Of a stretch of DNA of 64,000 nt, positions 48,453-58,175 are shown piece by piece (positions within the stretch are counted from its first letter, which is position 1; each line of letters begins with the position of its first letter). The notes under the pieces were generated by a model that had not been told where the DNA came from, made no database searches, and was given only the letters and a program-made list of their open reading frames with translations. Origin of the DNA: Promethearchaeota archaeon (GTDB lineage: Archaea > Asgardarchaeota > Lokiarchaeia > Sigyniarchaeales > SOKP01). The DNA lies in assembly GCA_048938855.1 (NCBI GenBank), contig JBHLLT010000001.1, forward strand, positions 320,124-384,123, given 5' to 3'. The position numbers were made by a program, and so were the translations under genes.

Positions 48453-51400
48453 TTAAATTTGAATTAATACTTTTTCTTCTTCAAATAAAGGTAATAATTC
48501 TAGCATTTCTTTGATTTTTGATAGATAGTGATCAATATTATAGATTTTTATATCTATCAAAAACTCAATTAGCATAATGTAAAATGTTTCTTGAACTAAT
48601 TTTTTATTAACTCCAAGGCTATTTAAATAGGCACTTAAATTTGTTTTCACTAATTTTAAAGGTTGTCCAGTTTTTAACAGAGCTAATCCATGCAATGCCA
48701 TCATTAAGGAGCTAATTTCAAAATCTTTTATTTTAGAGAAAAATTTATTTCCCAAATTTAAATATTCTTCTGCTACTTCTTTAAATTTCTTTAATTTTAG
48801 TAGTTCTATTATAGGAGCAAAATATCTTCTCATATAGGGCCCTCGCCTTCTTAAAATTTGGTTTTGGCTTCTTTTAGCATCCCCAGCTTTTACTTGTATT
48901 TTACCCCATCTTTGATTTAAATCTATCTGTATTTTAGATTTCTCTCCAATATCTTCCCGTGATAAAATTAATTTATTTTCTTTATTCTCTTTGTATTCTT
49001 CCCCTATTAAGTCCTTCACAAATGATAATTCCTCATCAAATAACGGAAGATCTTCAGAATGTCTTATTGCGTAGTTGTATTTTTCCTCGTTTTGAGATCG
49101 TTTCAAATCAATAATATATTCAATCAATGTAACTGGAAAAGCTTCAGAAAATGATTTACCTAAACCAGATAATTTCTTTTTTGTTTCATCTATTAATTTT
49201 TTAGCATCTTCAAACTTATTTTGTTTGATAAGAATTAGACCAGCAATAGCTAAAGAAACTCCTGCTATTTTATATTTCTTGGTTAAATTTAGTCGAGTTA
49301 TTGAATTTTTATAAAGCTCAAGTGCCTCATCATATTGTTGATTTTTCAAATGAATTAAACACTCATTAAAATATCCCCTTTTTAATCCCTTTCTTTCTTT
49401 TAAGTCATTTTCTTTATCTAATCTAGCTTCCTGTGCTCGTTTTTCTATGATAGTATCTTTTTCCTTTAATTCTTCTCCTTTGCGAGCTTCAGTAGCTTTT
49501 TTAGACATAATTTCACTTTTTTCAGCTTCAAGTTTCACGATTTCTTTATGTAATTCTTTCTTATAAGCAGCTTTTTCTATTTTATCATTATAAACATGAG
49601 CAAGATGTAAATTTCCTAATTTAATATAGATCTCGGTAATCCTTTTATAAATTTTGTCAAAAGTGATCTTAGGAGTTTCCTCCTTTTCCAAATAAGCTGA
49701 AGCTAAAGTTATTACTTTCTTAACGAGCATTTCTGCTTTATCAATAACTTTCTGGGCAGAATCGTCAGAAAGAACCTCATTCTCATTTAATATCCTTAAT
49801 GCTTCAGTCTTTATAACTTTAATAAAGAGTAGAGTTATTTCTTTTGATTGATCATACAACATTTGATCTCGGTGGATTCTATTTGTTTTTTCGAAAATTT
49901 TATCCAGTCTTTTGTAGTCGGCAATATTTCTTAGTTCTTTCAATTTTTGGTCGAATTTTGGAAAAATTCTAGTTAAATATTTAGTTTTCATATCAATAGA
50001 GAGTTCTTCAAAAAACACAAAAAAAGTCTCAAACTCCATCCCCTCTAATAGCATATCCATAGAATTCGTTAGAATTTGATCTTTAATCTCTTGTTTTCCA
50101 ATAGTTTTTAGATAATCTGCTTGTTTTTTCAAGTGATTAGCCGCTTTTATGAAATTACCATCTTTTGCAAATTCATTAGCTTCTGAAATTGTCTTTGTGT
50201 TAAGCCCTATTATTATATCTTGTTCTGCTTTAGCAAAGTCTCGAATAAATTGAACTCCTTTATTAATGTAATCTTCAACTTCTCTTCTCCTTGAAGCCCT
50301 AAATTCATCTTCATAATTATCTCTAATATTGGCCAAGTTTTCTCTTATTTCTCTTGATTCTAGCTTGCCAATTAGAACAGAAGCTGTTTCAAAATTATTA
50401 TCTTCCAAACAAAGGGTGATTAAATCTTCTAAAGATGAATCTATATTTTTTTTTTTAACACTAAATGAACCCATCCACAAATTCTCAAGTTCATCAAATG
50501 ATCTTTTAGCAGCATGTTTCTTTTTATCTTTAATTTGCTGTTCTAATAGAATAATTAATAAGTCTGCAAGTTTATTAGCCAATTTTTTAATTTCATCAAA
50601 AAGATCCTCTTTTTGATATCTATTAATTGCTTTATACAATTGGTCTTTAGCTTGTTCTAATTTATTTTGACCCATTAAATGGTTTGCTTCTTCGATTATT
50701 TTCTGTGAAATTTCTTGTAAAATTTTTATTACATCTTTATGGGGTAAACTTTGGAGGATTCTGAATGCGTCTTCTACTCTACATGCTGAGATCCATGAGT
50801 TAACAGCTAGTTCAAATGCTTTATTAATAAATTGAGAATCTAATGCCTCTATACTTGCCCATTGAGCAGCCTGTTCATATTGCCTTGCAGCCTTATCATA
50901 CTCACTTTTTTTAAAAAATTGAGTCCCCTCCCATAGAATTTGATCTGCATACTTCTTTTTAAAATTACGGGATTTAATTTTATCATATTTTTCCGTCATT
51001 TCACTAGCTTGTAAATAAAGATTCAATTTTGAATATAAATAAGCTGCTTGCTCACTTATTATGAAAAGTTCTTCTTTATTATAAATATCAGCAATTTGAG
51101 CTGCTTTTCTGATAGCTTGAGCTGCATAAAAGTAGTTTTTGTTATTAAAATACACGTTAGCCATTTGAATAAAAATTGGAAATCTCATCCAAGCATTTTC
51201 TATATTTAATGGCGTATCTCCATTTATCATAGCTAAACATAAACATTGAAGAATTTGATTAAAATTTTCTGGAGCAAGATTTACAAAAGCTTCAAGATTA
51301 GGGAAATTAACCCATATATGTGTTAGTAAATCGTTAACAGTGATTGGAAGAATACCATTCTGATCATAAAAAACAATTATAGTTGGAATAGCTCTATTAT

Positions 51401-51701
51401 TTTTTTTTGAAAATATATCCGGGAGTATCATTTCAAATAATTCCAATTCTTCTTGGTTTATTGGATTTATAAAATATATTATACCATCTACCGTTTGAAT
51501 TATTTCATCTAAATCAGCTGAGACACTCATTAAACAATCTATTTCCAAATCACACATAGAATCTAAAGTTTTTACTGGTTTATACCATGAAATAAAATTC
51601 TCTTTATCTTCTCCCGGTTCACCAAAAGCTCTTGAGATATAGTAGTGAATATCATCTAGATTTGAACCAATAACTAATGTTCGGAAATAAAATATTGACA
51701 T
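48453..51701 (-). CDS. Large alpha-solenoid (TPR/SNAP-like) protein with N-terminal degenerate small-GTPase-like domain
   Basis: N-terminal FRTLVIG..CDLEID..VDGIIYFINP..IPTIIV strand order like a Ras fold, but without GxxxxGK. The rest is helical repeats (YDKAARQYEQAA, YDEALELYKNS). Confidence 0.6.
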   Translation of the reverse strand: MSIFYFRTLVIGSNLDDIHYYISRAFGEPGEDKENFISWYKPVKTLDSMCDLEIDCLMSVSADLDEIIQTVDGIIYFINPINQEELELFEMILPDIFSKKNNRAIPTIIVFYDQNGILPITVNDLLTHIWVNFPNLEAFVNLAPENFNQILQCLCLAMINGDTPLNIENAWMRFPIFIQMANVYFNNKNYFYAAQAIRKAAQIADIYNKEELFIISEQAAYLYSKLNLYLQASEMTEKYDKIKSRNFKKKYADQILWEGTQFFKKSEYDKAARQYEQAAQWASIEALDSQFINKAFELAVNSWISACRVEDAFRILQSLPHKDVIKILQEISQKIIEEANHLMGQNKLEQAKDQLYKAINRYQKEDLFDEIKKLANKLADLLIILLEQQIKDKKKHAAKRSFDELENLWMGSFSVKKKNIDSSLEDLITLCLEDNNFETASVLIGKLESREIRENLANIRDNYEDEFRASRRREVEDYINKGVQFIRDFAKAEQDIIIGLNTKTISEANEFAKDGNFIKAANHLKKQADYLKTIGKQEIKDQILTNSMDMLLEGMEFETFFVFFEELSIDMKTKYLTRIFPKFDQKLKELRNIADYKRLDKIFEKTNRIHRDQMLYDQSKEITLLFIKVIKTEALRILNENEVLSDDSAQKVIDKAEMLVKKVITLASAYLEKEETPKITFDKIYKRITEIYIKLGNLHLAHVYNDKIEKAAYKKELHKEIVKLEAEKSEIMSKKATEARKGEELKEKDTIIEKRAQEARLDKENDLKERKGLKRGYFNECLIHLKNQQYDEALELYKNSITRLNLTKKYKIAGVSLAIAGLILIKQNKFEDAKKLIDETKKKLSGLGKSFSEAFPVTLIEYIIDLKRSQNEEKYNYAIRHSEDLPLFDEELSFVKDLIGEEYKENKENKLILSREDIGEKSKIQIDLNQRWGKIQVKAGDAKRSQNQILRRRGPYMRRYFAPIIELLKLKKFKEVAEEYLNLGNKFFSKIKDFEISSLMMALHGLALLKTGQPLKLVKTNLSAYLNSLGVNKKLVQETFYIMLIEFLIDIKIYNIDHYLSKIKEMLELLPLFEEEKVLIQI

Positions 51702-51898
51702 TTTTTACAAAATTAACTTGAATATTTCAACTTCTATTGATTGATTAATTCAATCTTAATTTTAAAGATTTTTGAACACATAAAAATAATAGTATAAAAC
51801 ATTTGAAAACTATTTAAAAGAATAGAATTCTTTTTATAATAATTATTTGAGTTTGAGAATTTATATCTTTGTTTTAAACCATATTCGGAGATTTAACA

Positions 51899-52561
51899 TT
51901 GGATTACTTAGAGAGAAATTACCATATTATAAAGGAAAGAATGATAGAGCAAATGGAAAAAAGCCTTGAGTTAGGAAGAACACTTATAGACACTGAATTG
52001 GATATGGGTTTAATAAACTTCATAATAAAGCCCTTAGTCAAAACTTTCTATGATTATTGGGCAAAAAATGAAGCAAGATCTGGAACATTAAAACAAATTG
52101 AGATAACTTTAAATTCTGGTAAGCGACTCCTGTTAAATGGTAAAACTGAAGAGAGTTTCACAAAAATACTTGAGGAAAATTTTCCAAAATATTTAGAAGC
52201 AGATCAAACATCCCAGCAATGCTCAAAAAGTCATAAAAACTATGAAAAACTTAAACAAGTTGCTAAAGAAACGTTTAAAAATTACTTAGAAGAAGTTGTA
52301 AGATTTCTAGAAATAAAAGAGGATGTAGATAACTATGGAGATTTATGTCGTGCTGCATTTCCTTCTAAAGAAGTAGCACGAGTGAATTTAATGAAACAGT
52401 TAGAATTTACTGATAAAGGCATTAAAATTGTGGAGGAGGATATGGGAATACTAAAAATCCCAATGGGAAGGAAAATAATTGTTAAAGCTCTTAGACAAGG
52501 CTTTAATTTAACTAAAAAGGAGTTTATAGCATCAATCAATGATACTTATTATAATGACTAG
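51899..52561 (+). CDS. Hypothetical all-alpha protein
   Basis: GGAG RBS with TTG start; clear paralog of the next gene. Confidence 0.75.
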   Translation: MDYLERNYHIIKERMIEQMEKSLELGRTLIDTELDMGLINFIIKPLVKTFYDYWAKNEARSGTLKQIEITLNSGKRLLLNGKTEESFTKILEENFPKYLEADQTSQQCSKSHKNYEKLKQVAKETFKNYLEEVVRFLEIKEDVDNYGDLCRAAFPSKEVARVNLMKQLEFTDKGIKIVEEDMGILKIPMGRKIIVKALRQGFNLTKKEFIASINDTYYND

Positions 52562-52671
52562 CTAAATTATTAATTTTATAAAAGATTTTAACAGATAAGT
52601 TCAGATAATAACTAAAAATAAATGATTTAACACACAAAAATTAATTGCATTAAAGAAATTGGAGTCGAATA

Positions 52672-53331
52672 ATGGAATACTTAGAGAGAAATTACAAGAT
52701 TGTAGAAAAAAGAATGATTGAGCAAATGGAGACTAGTTTAAATTACGGTCAAGAGCTCATTGACTCTGAAGTAGATGCTGGGAGTCTTAATTTCGTTATT
52801 AAACCAATAGTAAAATCATTTTATAAATATTGGTCTGATAAGGATGCTAAAGTAGGGACATTAGCTCAAATAAAAATCACTCTTGATTCTGCAAAAGAGT
52901 TTTTAAAGAGTGGTGATGGTTCTAAGGAACAATTGAATAAAATAATTAATAGAAATTTTCCGATATATCTGAAAAACGACCAGACATATATACAATGTAA
53001 GGAAACGCATAGCAATTATAAAAAGCTAGAAGAAGTAACAAAAAAATGTTTTATTACCCAAGTAGAAGAAACCATCCTTTTTTTTAATGTAAATAACGAT
53101 GTTAAAGATTACAATGAGTTATCTAAATTAACTTATAAAACAAAAGAAAAAGCTTATGAAGCATTAAAGCGTCAACTTGATTATAATGATGAAGGAATCT
53201 CAATTGTTGAAAAAGACGATTCTATTCTGAAAGTTCCTCTAGGAAAAAACATAATTCTGAAAGTATTACGTATGGGTTTTGAAATGACGAAAGAGAAGCT
53301 AATTGAAGAACTTGATACGATATTCAATTAA
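52672..53331 (+). CDS. Hypothetical all-alpha protein (tandem paralog)
   Basis: Shares YLERNY..RMIEQME.SL, NF.IKP.VK.FY.YW, GTL.QI.ITL, NFP.YL..DQT..QC...H.NY.KL, ILK.P.G..II.K.LR.GF with the previous gene. Confidence 0.75.
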   Translation: MEYLERNYKIVEKRMIEQMETSLNYGQELIDSEVDAGSLNFVIKPIVKSFYKYWSDKDAKVGTLAQIKITLDSAKEFLKSGDGSKEQLNKIINRNFPIYLKNDQTYIQCKETHSNYKKLEEVTKKCFITQVEETILFFNVNNDVKDYNELSKLTYKTKEKAYEALKRQLDYNDEGISIVEKDDSILKVPLGKNIILKVLRMGFEMTKEKLIEELDTIFN

Positions 53332-53373
53332 GTTTATTTCAAACAATAAATAAAATAGAATGAAGAGGGTATT

Positions 53374-54432
53374 TTGACTGAATCTACTCATCATGAAGAG
53401 CAATATAGTCTTTTAAGACGTATTTTTTTAAATTTATTCATAATTGCTTTCATTACTATATCTTATGTCTATATTTCTGAACCTTTTGGCTCAATCTCAA
53501 CTATTTATATTAATAATCAACCGATTTCCATAAGTTTTACAATATCACTTCTGCTTTTTACATTTTTAGCTGTTTTAGCAGGTCCTATTAATGGGTTAAT
53601 CACAGGATTTTTAGGAGAATTTCTTTTTCAATTAGCGTTTTATGGAACAATTTATCTTGAATGGTGTTTAATTATCGCTTTTTATGGTTTTTTAGTTGGA
53701 ATCTATAAATATCAACCTTTAAAATATCATAAAAGAATTAACGTATTCTATAGCTTCATTGCATTACTAATTTCTTCATTTATTATTTTTTGGATAATAA
53801 TTCCTTTTCAAATTCTTTTTCATCCAGGTCAATATACCCTTGAAGACATTTTTATTAATTATGGTTTCAAATTCTTACTCAATATTCTTGTCTCAGTTTT
53901 AATTTTTATTCCAATGTTATTGTTTCTGTATGATATAGCGTTCGCTAAGGAAGAGAGAGAAATATATCAAATGTTTTTAACTCATCATCCTTTATCTGCG
54001 AGTGATCATACATTTTTTCTTAAATTTGGTAGAACAAAAATCTACTTTTGTTCAAGGTGTTCAGGAGTAATTCTTGGAGGATTGATTGCCCTTTTCACAA
54101 CATACTTATTATTTAAAATTTACCATGTTGAGTTTAGTGCAGAAATTGCTTTACTGCTTTGTATTATTCTTCCTATACCCGGATTAATAGATTGGGGAAC
54201 GCAGAGACTTTTATTAAGAAAGAGTTCTACTAAATCTAGATTATTTACTGGATTTATAATTGGTTTAGCTTTACATTTTATGAGTTATACTTATAAATAT
54301 TATTTTTACACAATGATCATTCTTACAATATATTTTTCAATATTTGGTTTGTTAGTGTATCTAGGACATAAAAAAGAAATGAGACAATTGAAAGAGGAAA
54401 TGAATGAATTATCCATTGAGCATGAGCCTTAA
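53374..54432 (+). CDS. ECF S-component-like domain fused to a DUF2085-like membrane domain
   Basis: AVLAGPINGLITGFLGE..W....AFYGFLVG (ECF-S). HHP....HTF..YFCSRCSG..P..IDWGTQ..SRLFTGFIIG (DUF2085). Confidence 0.7.
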   Translation: MTESTHHEEQYSLLRRIFLNLFIIAFITISYVYISEPFGSISTIYINNQPISISFTISLLLFTFLAVLAGPINGLITGFLGEFLFQLAFYGTIYLEWCLIIAFYGFLVGIYKYQPLKYHKRINVFYSFIALLISSFIIFWIIIPFQILFHPGQYTLEDIFINYGFKFLLNILVSVLIFIPMLLFLYDIAFAKEEREIYQMFLTHHPLSASDHTFFLKFGRTKIYFCSRCSGVILGGLIALFTTYLLFKIYHVEFSAEIALLLCIILPIPGLIDWGTQRLLLRKSSTKSRLFTGFIIGLALHFMSYTYKYYFYTMIILTIYFSIFGLLVYLGHKKEMRQLKEEMNELSIEHEP

Positions 54433-54447
54433 TCTGACTTTAAAATT

Positions 54448-54954
54448 ATGCAAAATATAATATATATTCATGGTCTTGAAAGTTCAGGAAAAGCTTTCAA
54501 AGGACAAAATCTCAAAAGATGGATACCTGAATGCCTTACTCCTGATTTTGAAACCTATAATCCAAGCATTCCAATCAAGAGTCTATTAAAAATTCGAATG
54601 GAACAATTATATTCTATATTAATGGAAAAAAGTCCTTGGATAATTATTGGTTCTAGTTTCGGAGGTCTTATGGCTGTCTTGTTTACTTCTCAAAATCCTC
54701 ATAATGTGTCAAAATTAATTTTACTCGCTCCATATTTATCCTCAACTAGGTTAAATCCTAAAATTCATTCCAAATTAAAAATTCCTGTTATTGTATACCA
54801 TGGTAAACATGATAAAGTAGTTTCAGCTAATCAGTCAAAAATTGTTGCTGAAAAAATATTTTCTAATCTTAAGTACAATATAGTAGATGATGATCATTCT
54901 CTTCATACAACGTTTTTAACTTTGGATTGGAAGAATCTTATAAAAATAAATTAG
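54448..54954 (+). CDS. Alpha/beta hydrolase (YqiA-like esterase)
   Basis: YIHGLESS, IGSSFGG, HGKHDKVV, DDHSL. Confidence 0.88.
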   Translation: MQNIIYIHGLESSGKAFKGQNLKRWIPECLTPDFETYNPSIPIKSLLKIRMEQLYSILMEKSPWIIIGSSFGGLMAVLFTSQNPHNVSKLILLAPYLSSTRLNPKIHSKLKIPVIVYHGKHDKVVSANQSKIVAEKIFSNLKYNIVDDDHSLHTTFLTLDWKNLIKIN

Positions 54955-55068
54955 ATCTTCTCAGATCTTATTCTTATAAGTTTCAAAAATTGGACTCCAA
55001 GAATTTTAAAATCAAATCCAAATACAATTTTATTAGGAAAAAGTGCAAGAAAAATTGGATGAAAAATA

Positions 55069-55557
55069 ATGGATTGGCAAACTTTTCTCGAAAATATTGG
55101 ATTATGGTTCAACACGTTTATCGAATGGTATATAGAACAACCTTTATACGGGCAAGTACTAGTCATTATTGGTATAGTTGCCGTATTAGCTTTAACAGTA
55201 ACTCTACTTTATTATATTATTAAGGGAGTTGCATATTTAATCTATTATACAATTAAAGGGGTGTTTTACCTCCTCAAATATATTGGATATGGAATTTACA
55301 AATTATTTGAAGGTTTTTATTTTCTAGTTTCAGGGAAATCAAAACTCAAGACAAAAAAGAATGAAGAAATTACCATAGAGAATAAAAATTCAAAATACCA
55401 GCAAGTTCTTCCATTAAAATTCTGTAGTGAGTGTGGAAAAAGAATTTCAATGAGTATGAAAAATCATTTAAAGTCAAATGAAAATGTATTTTGTGTGAAT
55501 TGTGGTACAAGATTAAATAGAAAAAACGTAATGTATTCCCTTGCTGCCTCTCACTAA
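55069..55557 (+). CDS. Membrane protein with C-terminal Zn ribbon
   Basis: Hydrophobic/amphipathic helices with an 11-residue YYxIKGVxYL repeat; FCSECG..FCVNCG. Confidence 0.7.
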   Translation: MDWQTFLENIGLWFNTFIEWYIEQPLYGQVLVIIGIVAVLALTVTLLYYIIKGVAYLIYYTIKGVFYLLKYIGYGIYKLFEGFYFLVSGKSKLKTKKNEEITIENKNSKYQQVLPLKFCSECGKRISMSMKNHLKSNENVFCVNCGTRLNRKNVMYSLAASH

Positions 55558-55624
55558 TTACAATTTAATCCATAATATTCGAAAAAAATTAAAGTAAAAA
55601 TGAATAATTTTAATAAAGGTGTAA

Positions 55625-57274
55625 TTGAAAAGAATGACTAAAATTTTTGTCTGTCGGGAATGTGGATATGCTTTCCCTCAAGAGCTTTCTCACTTAATTG
55701 AAAGTAATATTCAAGTTTATTGTGAAAGATGTGGTTCTCCTTTTATATTGGAAGGAGTAGAATTCAAACCTGCTCCAACTCCATATATAAGGCAGAAAAA
55801 GCCATACCATACAATCCCTGAAATAAAATCATCAAGTTTAGATAAGTTTATTCAAGTTTTAAATAAAATTTCTTCTTTACCATTTTTTATTTTCTTATTC
55901 TATTTGGTAGTGGCAATAATTGTAAATTTATTTCCATTCTTTGGATTTTATAATCTATTCGATAACATTGCTCGTATTATAATTTGCTTTTTTCTAATCT
56001 CTTATGATAGAATTCATCTTAATAAAAAAATTAAAGAAAAAAATTATAATGAAATTTTTCTGGATGCTTTTTGTTGGGGAATATTAGGATGCATTATGTA
56101 TGGTCTAGGAGTAATAATTCTTATTAAAGGAATATTTATCATAATATACATACTTACATCCTCCCAAAATAAAGATTTTAAAGCCTATAATTATGGTCTA
56201 CTTGCAAAAGATTCATTAAATTATTTTTCTAATAAAGCAGGATTTATAATTATATTATATAGTTTATATGTTGCATTTTCACAGGGGATTTATCTTCCTG
56301 GGGGAGGTAGTGTTTTAATACCCTTTCCATTTGGCATCCAAATTGCCTTAGGAGTAATAAGTTATTTTATTCTTCTCATCATCGCTGTAATTATGTTACT
56401 AATTGATGGTGGAATGAAAAAACGAATAAAAGAAAAGCAAAAGTTCGCACCTATAGATGGCATTAAATTTATGATCATTGGGATTTTAGGAACAATGTTT
56501 TTTGCTGCAGGTATTTTTGTTTTACTAAAAGGAATCTTGATTCTTATCCTAAGTTTTGGAAAACCTTCAGAAAAAGCCCAAAAAATAATTGATGTTGAAA
56601 AACCAAGAATATCCGTTCCTACACCACCTATTCCACCAACTCCACCTATTCCACCTGAACCTTATAGAAAGTTAGAGGAACCTCGTATAGTAACTGCTGA
56701 AGAAAAGGATATTGAATTAAAAATTGTTAAAGAACCTGTTGAGATTCAAGAACCAGAGACTATTGAACAAGAAAAATTAGGCTTTGAACAAGAAAAAATC
56801 GAAATTGAACAAGAAAAAATGGAAGAAATACCCCCAATAGAAATCGAAGAAATACCACCAAAATTAGATAAAGAAGAAAGAGCAAAAAGAGAAGAAGAAT
56901 ACAAATTAAAGCTACATGACTCACTTCTACCTGTAAAAGATGAAAAAGATAAAAAATTAGTTAAAGAATATTTCTCAAAAATATTTGCAGTCCTCTCAAG
57001 AGATTTAAGGAAGCAAATAAATGACCTAAAGATCACGAAAAAAGAGAAGAAAGAGCTATTAGAAGAACTTGCTTTTTTAACAAATGAGGAGCAGGTTAAG
57101 TATATCGAAGCAATTGTTAATTTATATAAGGAGATACCTAAAAGATTAATAAACAGAATCCGAAAACTCCCTAATGTTAAACCAGTACACTATGATAAGA
57201 TTGTTGAAGAATTAAAATATATGGATTATGAAGAACAAGTAAGATTTGTTCAATTTTTAGAGGAAAATGCCTAA
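55625..57274 (+). CDS. Zn-ribbon + polytopic membrane domain + Pro/Glu-rich linker + helical C-terminal domain protein
   Basis: CRECG..CERCG; about 8 TM segments with an internal duplication (GILG.....G..[IV]L[IL]KGI); PTPPIPPTPPIPP; two EL.....EEQV repeats. Confidence 0.7.
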   Translation: MKRMTKIFVCRECGYAFPQELSHLIESNIQVYCERCGSPFILEGVEFKPAPTPYIRQKKPYHTIPEIKSSSLDKFIQVLNKISSLPFFIFLFYLVVAIIVNLFPFFGFYNLFDNIARIIICFFLISYDRIHLNKKIKEKNYNEIFLDAFCWGILGCIMYGLGVIILIKGIFIIIYILTSSQNKDFKAYNYGLLAKDSLNYFSNKAGFIIILYSLYVAFSQGIYLPGGGSVLIPFPFGIQIALGVISYFILLIIAVIMLLIDGGMKKRIKEKQKFAPIDGIKFMIIGILGTMFFAAGIFVLLKGILILILSFGKPSEKAQKIIDVEKPRISVPTPPIPPTPPIPPEPYRKLEEPRIVTAEEKDIELKIVKEPVEIQEPETIEQEKLGFEQEKIEIEQEKMEEIPPIEIEEIPPKLDKEERAKREEEYKLKLHDSLLPVKDEKDKKLVKEYFSKIFAVLSRDLRKQINDLKITKKEKKELLEELAFLTNEEQVKYIEAIVNLYKEIPKRLINRIRKLPNVKPVHYDKIVEELKYMDYEEQVRFVQFLEENA

Positions 57275-57276
57275 AG

Positions 57277-58173
57277 ATGTCGCTTGAAAAAAGAAGAGAA
57301 CCAAAAGGAAATAAGGAAAAGAAAAAGTTACAGGAGAGTTCATTTAGGCGCCTTGATTTTAAACCATTAGGAGAAATGAGGGAAGTAGCCTTAGAAACAG
57401 AAGTAATTAAAGAGGAAATTGTTGAAGAGCTAAGTGAGATTGAAAAAGATGTTTTAAAAATTGCAGAAGATATATTAAAACTAAAGCGATATGACACTGA
57501 ATTTGAAATTATATCGGAAGCTCAAATCCAAAAATTTCCTATAATTGAAAAATTATATGCTAAGTGTATAGCTAAACTTTCATATAAAAAGGGATATAGT
57601 AAAGAAGATATATTTCTGGCAATTCGAGGTTTAGAAGAGAAAAATTGGATTGTTACAAATGAACGACGTACCAAATTAGAGATATTAAGCAATGACAAAT
57701 TGATGAGGATACTAAATTTCATAAAAAATAACCCAGGAATACACGCACGGGATGAAAAAATCGAAGAAGAATTAAGTATAACAAGAACTCCCTTCTTAAA
57801 GCATGTTATGACACTTGAAAGGTTCGAACTAATAAGATCTAAAAAAATTGGAAAAACTCTTCACTATTTTTTAAGCGATGTACCTGAGGATTATCAAGAA
57901 TTTAAAGTAATCTTTTTAAATCCATTAATCCCTAAAATATTAGAAGAAATTTTCAAGGATGAAGAAATAACAGTAAGTAAAATTGGCGAAAATCTTGATA
58001 TTTATTCTGGAACAATTCTTTATCATATAAAAAAGTTAAAAGAACTTAATCTTATGAGAACTTTTAAAAATAAAGAAGGAAAAAAGATCTTTCTGGTTAA
58101 TTTTGAGCTATTAAAATTATATAATGATTTTTTTACTGAACCTGACTTTTCTCAACTACTAAAAGGACTTTAA
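57277..58173 (+). CDS. Multi-winged-HTH transcriptional regulator (HVO_0163-like)
   Basis: RILNFIKNNPGIH, HVMTLERFELI.S...GK..HYF, GTILYHIKKLKELNL; begins 2 nt after the upstream stop. Confidence 0.75.
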   Translation: MSLEKRREPKGNKEKKKLQESSFRRLDFKPLGEMREVALETEVIKEEIVEELSEIEKDVLKIAEDILKLKRYDTEFEIISEAQIQKFPIIEKLYAKCIAKLSYKKGYSKEDIFLAIRGLEEKNWIVTNERRTKLEILSNDKLMRILNFIKNNPGIHARDEKIEEELSITRTPFLKHVMTLERFELIRSKKIGKTLHYFLSDVPEDYQEFKVIFLNPLIPKILEEIFKDEEITVSKIGENLDIYSGTILYHIKKLKELNLMRTFKNKEGKKIFLVNFELLKLYNDFFTEPDFSQLLKGL

Positions 58174-58175
58174 GA

